Source: Convolutriloba macropyga
Taxonomy: Eukaryota
DNA length: 64,000 bases
Direction of reading: 5' to 3'
NCBI RefSeq assembly: GCF_964194025.1
Contig: NC_134470.1
Span: 38,502,001-38,566,000, forward strand
Part shown: positions 36,860 to 48,800 of the stretch, piece by piece
Position numbering within the stretch: the first letter of the stretch is position 1
Layout: each line of letters opens with the position of its first letter
The notes under the pieces: model-generated
What the model saw: only the letters and a program-made list of their open reading frames with translations
What the model was told of the DNA's origin: nothing
Databases searched by the model: none
Made by a program: the position numbers and the translations under genes

Positions 36860-37500
36860 TAGATTTTGTAACTCGTCATTGTCAAAAAGTTATTATGAAA
36901 CGTTTTTCAAGAAGTTTGACATTTTCTTCATTTACTCCGAGAGTTCTTTGAAATTTTGTATACAAATCAAAATATTACACAAATTTTAAAACTACGTCAT
37001 CAGGGCAAAAAAATGGGCTATTGTAGAGTTTTTAGCTCGTCGTCTTCAAAAAGTTATTAACAAACGTTTTTCAAAAAGTTTGACATTTTCTTGACCTAAT
37101 TCGACAGTTCTTTGAAATATTGTTAACAAATCAAAATTTTGGCATTTATTTCTACAAAAATTCAGAAAATAGCTTTTTACGGCAGCAAAAGGGGCTTACA
37201 TAAACTTTCCAACTCGTCTTTTTCAAAAAAATATTATCGACGGTTTTTCATGAAGTTCGACATTTTCTTCACCTAATTTGACAGTTCTTTGAAAATTTTT
37301 TATACAAATCAACATATTGCCATTTGTTTCTACACTCATTGTAAGAAAGTAGAGTCAAGGCAAAAAAATGGACTGACACACTTTTTTTTACTCTATCTAT
37401 TCGAAAAGTTATCAAAAAAAGTTTTATCAAGTAGATTTAAACAAATTTTTTTAAACAAAGCCTATTTATTCAAACTTCTATAAATTTTAATAAACAAACT
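36860..37500. repeat. Satellite-like array, ~170-bp unit, ~4 diverged copies
   Basis: ctcgtc..tcaaaaagttatta..aaacgtttttcaa.aagtttgacattttctt...gacagttctttgaaa at ~36870, 37035, 37210 and 37390. Confidence 0.75.
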
Positions 37501-39394
37501 TTACAGTTCTGTGCATTTGGTACGTTTTGTTTTCATATGGTAATACCAATATTTAGATTTAAAGGATTTTCCACTATAAACAGTAAGTTTGTAACAATCG
37601 AAATCAATTTCGCGAAAAAAAAATCAATTTTGTAAATAATTTGCTGTAATAACAAAAAACATTAGTCGTTGTGCTCGCATAAATCCACTGCGTTGCGGTG
37701 CGCTACAATTCACTGAGTGGCACCAGCCCTCGAGGATTTGTATAGGGTACTTCATTATATTCGACAAGTCGGTAGCTAAATTTGCTATCACGGGACATGT
37801 CTGACAAATTCTGTAACTTTTGTTTGCGTTGCGGTCAGCTTTAAAACGGCTTACCCCTATGCATTGCATACAGAAAGAATCCGTGAGTATGAGTTTGATT
37901 TGATAAAATAATTTTTTTACCTGACCAAAAACCACTGCTTTTTAAAGTTTTTTCGCTATTTTTTGACCAAAAGACGAAAACCTAACTTTCTAGAGGAGCT
38001 AGACGAATAAATTTCAGAATTTTGTACTTCCTATAAATAGTTAACTACCTAAGCCGACAAAACTAGTTTTTAACAAAAAATATTTTTCGACTGTTCGCTT
38101 ATTTGGAACTAAAAAGAGATGCATTCTTGATTTTTCTCTAGTGAAGCTAGACCAGCAGTTTTTGGTGCTTCAAGCTCCGCACACATGAATATATTATGGC
38201 AATGAGCTTCTTATCTTCCCATGGATTGATCAAAATAGACTACGTTTTGGAAATTTTCTGGCTAAGACGATTCAAAGAAATTCTGATTTTATAGAGAAGC
38301 TGGACAAAAAATGTTTTTGTAAAATTCTTTGACCCGAAGAAATCAAATGCTTTTTAAAGAAACAATATACGATTTTTTGATTATTTGAAACTAAAAAGAG
38401 ACGAAGACCTAGCTTTTCTTTTATAAAAGCTGGAAATATTTTTTCATTTAAGCTCCTCATACTCTGATTATGAGTTTATTTGGAGGCCAACTCTTGACCC
38501 AAATAGAAAACTGTTCTAATAAAATTTTGTTCTTCTTCACTTTGGATTAAAAATAGACGAAAATCTAACATTTTAGAGAAGCTGGACCAAACTGTTGAAG
38601 TATTCATACTATAAATATGAATGGAATAATACACAAATATAATGAGAAATATTCGCCCAGAACATCAAAAAAGACAACGAGTACCCATTAACTTACAAGA
38701 TAAAGTCAACACGGAATTTTAGAAATTACCTTCAGAAGGACACATAGAAATAGTAAACATTTTTCAGATCAATATTATATACTACTTCTAAGTGAAAAAG
38801 TACGAAAACAAATGTCCTCAGATATGGCTAAAACTAAAACATCTTTGTTTTTTATGCTTATCTTCTATCCATAAGCTGATTATCTATCCATTAAGGTGGT
38901 CCTCTATTGACAGCATGTTCGACATACTGCAATCTCGTAATATTGGAAAATATAATACTATAATTAGTTTTTATCTTTTTTTAATATTGCTGATTCTTCA
39001 GCGCTGATCTTATATGCTTTTGATATTACTTTTCCAATTATTAAACTTTCTTAGATTAGCGGTGAATTTTTAGAAGAACTGCAATTTTTAGCGGTAAAAA
39101 CAATTTTTTCCTTCCACCGCATACGGGGTGAAAAAATTTATTCACCGCTTAAAAGTTTTTTTCACCTCATTCATCGCCTTTAGCGCAAATCTTACACTTT
39201 TTATTCAAATTCGCTGCTAAATTTACATCTTCTAGCGATTTTTAGCGGTGAAACCTTGACCCAGGTGGACCAAAACTTTTGATTGACCAAATGACTTTTG
39301 TTGTAGCATGTCCTCACTTTGTTAAGTTCAATACTCCATCGGCAATTCCGTTTGTCATCGACAATTTAATTTGTCCATGTTTCCAAAAAATGAG

Positions 39395-39560
39395 CTAGCA
39401 AATTCCAGGACAACAGGTTTTGATCTAGCCGAATTCCACAACACGGTTTTTGTCCAGCCAAATTCCAGGACGTATGTTTTAGTTCCACCCAAATTCTAGG
39501 ACGGTTGTTTTAGTTCCAGCCAAAGTCCAGGACATCACATTGGGTCCAGACAAATTCTTT
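39395..39560. repeat. Degenerate ~30-bp tandem repeat
   Basis: (c/t)agccaaattccaggac-type unit about six times. Confidence 0.7.
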
Positions 39561-40104
39561 TCATACCCAATATCTGTCGAGGACAGTCTTTTCCTACCTA
39601 AAATCTGTCGAGTACGGTCTTTTAATAATTCCAGGTCTCGACTAGGGTGGTAATGTGAGGTGGACCTTTCTCGTGTCAAGTCGAGTTCGTAACTCTTTGG
39701 AAATATTGCGGTAGTTTGATATTAAAGCTGTTGAACATTTGAATCCACTTTCCAGGCTGCAGTATTGGTCATTTGGGAAGACTTTTTCGTGCACTTTTGT
39801 CTACCGGGGTTAAACAAAAGTTATAAACTTATAACTTTCCTTTATGGATCAATAAAATAGAACAAAAAGTTCTACGAAATTGGCAGGGTTAGACTTCATG
39901 AAACAAAAATATAGATTTTAAAGCTGTTTCGTGGATCCTTTTGAAATTTTGAGACCACCAATGGACTCTTCCGCGGGTAATGTGAGTCTACATTAGCAGT
40001 CTAAGAAAAGTTAGGTCCTAATATAGCTTTTCTGACGTCAAAATGGTTTCGGATAAGCCAGAACTCTAAAACATGAAGAAACACATATAGCACCAAGATC
40101 ATAG

Positions 40105-41105
40105 CGAGGAAGAAACAGATAGCGCATGAAGAGAAGGCCCATAAGGGGCACAAGGATGGGAAAACAACGCCGTTTTAAAACTCCGCTTTTAAAAAAAGTT
40201 TTTCAACTTCGTTTTTTTTTTGCAATAGTACAAAGCGGAACAGAAGCGTTACGGACGCAACGTCGAGCGAGCAGCGGGCGGTGAAAAGGAAGCGGGGGCA
40301 GGGTTCGCTGAGCGAGCAACTTGCGACCGAACCGACGCCCGACAGATGGCACGTCAGGCGACAGAACGAAAATGGCGCGGATTGAAAGCGGGCAGCGCGC
40401 GTTGAAACGGAAACATCGCAATCAAAAAAATATTTACTTAAACTAGTACCACTAAATCCGTGAATACGAGATAATGTAAGAGATATTTAAAGTGCATCAA
40501 CACGTATTTTAATTGAAAACAATTTTGGGACAACTTTTCAAATCTCCCTAAATCCTGCTCACAGTCACACTTGATAGCGTTGATTGTAAGACACTAGTAC
40601 ATAAGATACTAATTTTCGTTGAAACGAGATGCTTTAAGAGATTTGAAATAGGACTCGAAATGCGCTTTTTTCAATCAGAAAAGCAAAATGTTAACAACTT
40701 TTTCAACTGACTAAATATTGCTCATTATCACACTTGCAACTGTTGGTTACAACATACTAGTACATTAAATCCCGAGTAACCGTTAATAGGAGATGATTTG
40801 AGGTATTTGAAGTAGGAATCGAAATGCATCAACATGAAAAATGAAACAGATAGCGCATGAAGAGAGAGAAGGCCCATAAGGGGCACAAGGATGGAGAAAA
40901 GAACGCCGTTTTTAAAAATCAGTTTGTATTCAAGTTTTTCAACTTCGTTTTTTTTTCGCAGTTGTACAAAGCAGAATAGAAGCGTGACGGATAATTTAAG
41001 AGGTATTTGGAGTAGGACTCAAATGCGAAGAAAAAACAGATAGCGCATGAAGAGAAGGTCGATAAGGGCACAATGATGGGGAAAATAACGCCGTTTTTAA
41101 AAATG
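40105..41105. repeat. Three direct copies of aaacagatagcgcatgaagagaagg...gggcacaa.gatgg...aacgccgtttt
   Basis: Copies at ~40113, 40844 and 41034. Confidence 0.85.
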
Positions 41106-41496
41106 AATTCAGTTGTTACATAATGTTTTTAATTAGTGTGTTAATACTTTTTTAAAAAAAGCAACGTTTTTTAAAACTTTGCCCTTTTCTTGTCGACTTG
41201 GTACCAACTCGCATTGAGCGAAAAGTCCTATTTTTTTAAGTACAGGTTCATTTTTCAGCATAGGTTTTATCTGAAGCTATTTTGATTATTAATTGTTTAA
41301 AAGAAATGAACAACGAGTGTTGGTCGTAATTAATGTTTGTAATTATTAGATTTTTTGTCGCCGTCTTTTCTGGTAGTCACTTAAATGACAGGCCTCATGT
41401 GCCCTTTAAAGTAGATTGTTAATTCATTTAGTGGTTTGTTGAACGTTGTGTTATTTTTAAACCTCTTCCTCATTTGGTGGAAAATTAAGCGAAAAA

Positions 41497-41556
41497 TGTA
41501 GATGAACAGGTTCGGAACATTATGTGCGAACGCATATTTCCGAGCCTCCTTGTTTT
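41497..41556 (+). mobile_element. Helitron/Helentron-like 3' terminus (hairpin then cttgttt); same motif at 45494-45553 and 50412-50472
   Basis: gttcggaac.ttaTGTGCGaaCGCA(C/T)A...gagcctcCTTGTTT in three places, each closing a tract of diverged internal repeats. Confidence 0.6.
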
Positions 41557-44500
41557 ATAATTATTGCAAAGAATATCTTGGAAAAATTTTTGTGCTTGTG
41601 TTAATTAAGTGTCAGTAAAATTATGAAAATGTAAGATACATGAAATAAAAATACTCAAATCAAGATTTTTGGCTGAATTGACAACAAATCTGACAGAACC
41701 TTCAACATTAGTTTTTTATTACTTTCCTTTAATCTATTTTGTAAAATATTTTAAAAAAATTTTCAACTAGATCTGGATTCAGGCTGTTTTTAGGGATTTC
41801 ACCAGTATTGCATGCTTGAAATAATTGCAAATGTAAGAAAAGTGTAAGAAATTTTAGGGATGTAAGAAATTTTATCTCACAGTTTCTCTGTATTCTTAAG
41901 CTACTTATGAAGATCATCTGGATTGGTTTCTTGTAAAAAAAATATCTGGACTAAAGGTCTTTCAGGAAAATTTTCCACGAAGTGAGCTTCACAACATGAT
42001 AATGAAAGGAGCTTAAGCTCTCAGAGCAAAGAAACTTTTTGAACCTAAGACGTATCTTTGAACATTCTGTACTACGCTCAGTCTCGCACGAGCCGTATTG
42101 CTTGCCATTTAAGATACTGTTACTTTCGCCATTACCGAAATGTGAGTTCATCATTTCTTACTTTTGCTAAAAATGTTTACAATTTTTTTTGCGCTGTGTC
42201 GTCGTCATCTTTTGACTTTTTAACCCTGTATTTAGAGCGAGTTGACAATTTTTTTTAAATTCTTTCTCTGTGATCCGATTTTGACTTGAAATACGATTGT
42301 AGTGTCTGCGGAAGTTTGCTGTCTCTGGGTCGGAAGATTTTAGTAGTATTTGTTCCGACCCCTCAAATGGGTTTTTTTTTGTTCTGAAAATTTTGACCGA
42401 TCGATATAATCGTCGTAGAGAGTTGTGAGCGGTATCATTAAAAAGCCCGTCCAACGTAGAATATGGAATTAAAAAGATTTTTTTGAATTTCGTTTTTTAC
42501 AGAGTTATCGAGATTTCAAGTTTTGTGAATAGTAGACGGAATAGTAGACGGATTTTTTTACCAAATATTGGTCAAATTTGCTAAATGACAATGTTTATAA
42601 CGACAATGTTGTCGGGTTTACTTTTCGGTATAACGGATGCTTGCCGATTGGTTGTATCCAAGTCTTTTGGTTATCGTAGTTCAAATTTTAGCGAATATTA
42701 GACCGATTTGCGTTATTTTTATTCAAATTTTCCGGAATTTTTGCCTAAAGTTTCGTCAATTTTGCCAAAATATGTTGTTATCAATAACACTGGATTTTAT
42801 TTTTTGTGACAAAAAGTCTTGTTGACAATTTTGATTTAATTTTTTGGCTAAAATTTTGGCTAAATATTTCAAAATTCAGCCTTTTTCATCAAATATTGCC
42901 CGAAATAAGCTTTTTAGTCCACTTTGATTAAATATGCCGGAAGTACACACCCATAAACAACTAACACAATCTTTTTAAACTACAAAAAAGAACAAGTCCT
43001 TCTTTCACTTCCGTTAAGAGTAGCCGGGAATTAAAATTTTGCCGTTTTTGCTAACTTTACTCTATGATTATCAAAAAAACAGCATTTATTTTTAACTAAC
43101 AAATTATCTAGATCTAAAACATTTGAAACAATTGAGTGTTTTTAATGCACGAACAGCAATAATATGGCTTGTTTTAGTCCAATCTTGGACTGTTACAGTC
43201 CAATTGTTATTCAGATTGTAATCAGTCGGTCTTTTTTTTTTAAAAAAAAAACTATCTTTTTATGTTAATTAAAGAACAGAACAATTCAGATCAATGCTTA
43301 CCGTTGATAGGTCCAATTGGCCTCCTGAGCAGGTCCTAATTAAGGTATCAAGTTTTTTAATCGAAAGGTTATGGTGGTTTTCATATTAAAAATATTTGAT
43401 TTTTAAATAAACAGTGGCTTATTGAACCTTGCCACTATTTTTCTTTTCATTTGTAGCTTAGTGTCGTCAGAGAAAGAATGCTTTTTCTTCCTCTTCTTTC
43501 TACTGAGTTAAAAGGTAATCTCTTGTGGTTTTGCGCGTTAAGTTATGGTTTTCTGGCGTTGAAACTACTAGATTTCACAATTTGTTTTCGATTTTTAGGC
43601 ATTGGCCCCTTTTTCACGTTTTTTTCTTCTCGTTTTGTAACGTTATCACATTATAGACAGTTCACAAATTACAATATTGGCGTTCAATATTTGACATAAT
43701 TCAACATATAGAAGCCTTTAAAGGCATAGATTATAGTTTTAATGGCTTCGACACCCCTTTTCTCGAAGAATTTTATTTTTTTTTCAGATTTGTCTTTAAC
43801 TGTAGATTTTTGTCTTTTTAGTCGTATGAAATTTCCTGGATAATGACAAGTCTCATTGGTTTTTTATGGAGAAATAAATGAGACAATATTCTGATTTGAG
43901 TAGATAGCTGATGGTTTTCATGACTTTGAAAACAATTGTTCCCAACAAAAAATAACTTAACTTCTCATTTTTGTTCTTTTTTGTCAGTTTGTCCCCTAGT
44001 CTCGTTAATTACAGGGACATTTTACATTATTGTGCTTAAGGGAATGTGCAAGCATACAAAATTTTAATGTTTTTTTCAATATAAATCGTTATGAATTTTC
44101 TCAATTTGATACGGTTTTTCGCAAAACTTTTTTGATTTTTGTCTATATTTGACGTTCTTTTTTTAGAAGTAAGACATATTCTGAATAATTACAGGTCTGA
44201 AGGGCTTCCTATGGACAAACAAATGGACCTATTTAGTTATTTCTTTTCGTAGTTAATGGATTTCATGACTTCAAATTAATCGTTTTTGAAAAATACAAAA
44301 GTATTACTTAATTTTGCTGCTGTTTTCCTTTTTTTTATTGACTACTTGTTTCCGATTCCTATTAATGAAAGGTTGCATACCACTTTTTTGGCGGTCGAGG
44401 AAGGCTCAAGTAAACATATATTGTTGGGAAAAATCTGAATTTGCGGCTTCGACAGTATTTTCTCGCAAGTTTTAATTGAATTTTTGTTTGTTGTCTCTAT

Positions 44501-45834
44501 TTGTTGTTCTCTTTGAAACCGCATAAAAAATTTTATTCAGAACAGATCTTAATGCCCTCCTATAGAAGCGCATGTGATCGTAAACATGTATGTTTTCAAT
44601 TGCTATCTAATGCTTTTCATTACTTAGAAATTAATTGTAAAAAATATAAGCGAATTTTTTTTGCTTCTTTCGGACAAATAAACGAACCTACTTAATTATT
44701 TCATTTTGTAGCTAATGGCTTTCATGACTTTGCAATTAATTGTTTTCGGAAAACGCAAAACTATTTCTTAATTTTACCCCTATTTCGCCTGTTGGTCAAC
44801 TTTTTACCTAGTGTCATTAATGAGAAGTGACACACCACATTTTTGTCATTCAAAGAAGGCGCATCAGAACAAATTTTGAGGGGCAGAAAATGGCTCTACA
44901 GCTTCGACAGCGTTTTCTCGCAAGTTTCATATGAATTTTTGTTGGTTGTCTCTATTTGTTGTTCTGTTGGTACCCGCTATAAGAATTGAATGAAGACAAG
45001 TCCTAATGCCGTCCTCTATATGCATTGGTGAAATTAAAACGCTTGGACATTTTCAGTTGATATCTAATGGTTTTCCTTACTTTGAAATTAGTTGTTTTTA
45101 AAAATATAAGTGAATTTTTTAACTTGCTATTTTTCTTTTTATCTTATTGTTACCGAGCCTTATCATGGGGTGATCTCATATGTTTTCTATTGAAGTACAA
45201 GTTATTTTGTTTAGTTTCAGTTTTATCTGACGCTATTTTGACTTGTAGAAAAATTTTTTGTGCAAAAAAATGGACACAAATTTCGGATTTAATTAATGTT
45301 TGTTGGTATTGTTTTTTTGATTTTGTTGTTCGTCTTGACTTGTTTTCTTAATATTGGCTGATCTCATCAATCTAATGCGGCATTTTTTACTCCACAGATT
45401 TATTTGCTTTCCAGGCTATCTTTTCAGAATCTGTTCATACACATTTCTTTTTGAAAAATACTGTTCCTCATTTGGTGAACATTTATGCCAAAGATGTGGA
45501 TGAGCGGGTTCGGAACTTTATGTGCGAACGCACATTACCGAGCCTCCTTGTTTAATTGGCACTTCAGTAATGCGTATTTCAGTTCAGCGGTGCTCTTTAT
45601 CATTTATTTACCTATTGATCAAAACTGTTTGAGTTATTTAACCGCACTTATTGCTGTTTGGTTGTTACATAGCTCAGCTGTAATATTGCAATATGATTGC
45701 TACGGGCAAGCTAATTCCGTTTCGACCCGTTGTCTTTTTAAAAGTTTTTCTGGTATTAGGATAACATTGAGTTTATGTGTCTCAACTGTTGATGCGATTG
45801 ATGATGCTGATAAAGATTAGGCTTTAATCTAGCA

Positions 45835-48800
45835 ATGTCAAGATTCAGACTTTTATACAATTGGCTCCATATTAAACTCGATCTATGCACAACAGTTTCG
45901 TTTATTGGTTAGTTACTGGGATGCAAATTCGGGTTAATGTAGAATCCAATTTCCATCTGCTTTTTCGGTGAATATTTTCAAGAATTGGTACTTTTGGTTT
46001 TCAGCTGGGTCGAAGCTATTTTTTTAAACTGCGTTCTTAGCTTGTTTTACGCTATACGTTTTATCCCTTACTGTTGCCAATGCAAAGTTTGTGGACCAGA
46101 CTTTCCTTGAAAAAGTTGTTTTGAATCTCAGCGATTCAAGTGTATATTTGAGATCGAACAATGAGCCAATATTCAACAACTTCACATGCGAGTACATTGC
46201 ACCTTCGACAGAGAAACCCACTAGTGTTCACAAATTACGACCCGGGGATATCAACGTAGTTGCGGCTCTTGGTGATTCCTTGACCGCTGGTAACGGAGCT
46301 GGGGCCTCAAACGTCGTTGAAGTTCTCCTAAACTATCGCGGTCTTGCATTCAGTATCGGAGGATTCTATGAGGAACGGGACAACTCTGCGGACCACAATG
46401 ACAATGTCTTTGAGCATTTCACGGTCCCGAACGCTTTGAAGTTTTATAACCCGGACTTGAAAGGGTTTGCAACTGGAATTGGCGAGCCAGGAAGTGAAAA
46501 CGCACACCTGGATATGGCGGTGTTAGGGTCTACGGCTATCAATTTGACAACTCAAGCCCATCTGCTGATTCAAAAACTGAAAAACGATCCGAGTTACGAC
46601 TTCGACCACGATTGGAAGTTGCTGACAATTCTGATTGGTGGAAATGATATCTGCTTTTATTGTTCAGATGAAGAGGGCTTGCCTGAGAATTTTATGGGGC
46701 TCGTGCGTGAAGCATTGGATTATTTGCATGATACAGTTCCTAGGATAATGGTTAACATGATGACACTTTTCAACATTGACGTTATGGTGACATTAGGTAA
46801 GTCAATTTACTTATTCTCTACTCGCTGAAATAAAAACAGCAACAATATCTGATGCCTGAAAATTCAAGTATAATACAATTGCTATGATATGTTGCTAGAG
46901 ACTGCGATACAGAAGAGGAAGGGGGCTTATTTTTAACTATTTTACCAAACTGGGTAAAAATATGGAAAGCATTATTTATCGTGATAGATTATTTTAGACT
47001 TATAGTGCTTCAAAGTTCATCAGATAAACTGCATTGCTTTCTTTTTTCTTAGAGATTCGGCGTACTTTTGTTCCTTCAACATTTTCCGATCATTTTAATC
47101 AAAGATTTGTTTCGACCGAACTTAGTGGGGGGGGGGGGGGGGTGGTATCTACTTAACTGGGTTTTTTATCTGTCAATTTTGGCCGATCGATATCTTTGAC
47201 GTAGAAAAATATGAGTGGTACCATTTGAAAATCCACCGAAAACAAAGGGTTTTTGATTTTCGTCTTTGAGGAGTTATCGAGACTTAATTTTGTGATTGTC
47301 TTATTTTTACTGCTTTTCTTCTCTTTTTCGCGAGTTTTTTTGTCACATTTGTTTCTATTTTGCTAAAATAAGTCGATTAATCAATATGATGTCATTGATT
47401 TTATTTTTGCAAATCATCTACACCTTTTTCTGCACATTTTGGTGTGCTTCTTTCTGTTAATATTTGGCTGGATTTTTTATAACTGAAATTTTAGCTTTTG
47501 TTTATTAAAAATGGTTTCAAATCAGCAATTTTGACCCATATGTCCAAATGAACTGAAAAACTACTGAGATAACCTTAGTAAGCTAGTACAAGGTTTATTA
47601 GGGTTTTAATTTGTTTTTCCTGGTTGTTCGGACCTCACTTGTGGTGGGAGGAATTATATACTCAAATGCGTTTTTTTTGTTGAGACAATTTTGGCCGATC
47701 GATATATTCATCGTAGAGATCCGGGAGTGGTATCATTAAAAATCTCGTCCAGCGTGGAATTCAAAATTAAAAAGATTTTTTTAAATTTCGTTTTCGAGGA
47801 GTTATCGAGGTTCAAAGTTTCATGTGATCACGGGATATTTGGTTCACTTTTGTCCTTATTTTACCGTAATTTTTGTTCGAATTAACATTTTTTCTATAAA
47901 AATTTTCACAATTATCAAAATTAAATTTCACGCTACCAAAAGCATCAATTTGGTGTTCCTAATAGACAAAAGGCGATTAAAACGACTAGTTTTGGTCTCA
48001 TAGGGAAGTTTGAAGTTTACTATAAAAAGAGAACTTTTTACATTTTTTTGCTTTTAAGTAAGAGAATAGTTACCTTTCATGTTGACGATCTATTAATGAC
48101 AAACCTCTTTTACAGTCCAATGATGCCCAATGAACAGAAAATTAACTTTCAAAGAACCGCGCATATTTTGGCTTCAATTCATGAGTGTTCGTAATTTTTA
48201 ATGTTGTTTTGTTTTTTTGAGATTGTACTGAATTTTTGAAGTCCTATGGCATAGACACCTTGACTAAAAGTGCATTAGTCTTCCTAATGAGCATTAATTG
48301 AACCTTGCTAGTGCTTTGAGTTGACAGCTAATAGCTGTTAAGACTTCAGAAATAATTTTTCAAATTTTTGAACGTCAACCGATCTTAAACCTATTTTTTT
48401 GAACTGTAAGTCAGTGTCAGTAATCACAGGATTCTTGTTCTTTCTACTTCAACCAAGCATAATCTGTTTAGCGGTTTTATCTTCTAAATATATCTTCTGA
48501 ATATTGGTCTTACGACTTCGATGCCCCGAAGATTCATAATTTTGATTTTTGGATATTTTTACATAATTTTGGTTCCTTTTGGAATTTTGTCAGTTATCCT
48601 TATATTCATGGTTTCCATTTGCTTAGAGAAGACGTTCAAGGTGCCATGAATGAAATTTTCAGGGAAAAGTTCTTGGATTAAATGGCTTCGAAACTTTCCT
48701 CTTGCAGTTTTCTACTCAATTTTTGGTTTTTGTCAATTTTTGATGTTGTTTTCATAGTCATAATGGTCATAGTCATAGACTTATTGTGATATCTTATTGA

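Noticed and set aside
37624-37935. His-Cys box nuclease-like ORF (CQTC...WCHSVNCSAP)
   Set aside because: Resemblance is limited to a few Cys/His residues and the expected catalytic pattern is incomplete.
39395-39560. CRISPR-like array
   Set aside because: Eukaryotic context, degenerate contiguous units without unique spacers, and no cas genes.
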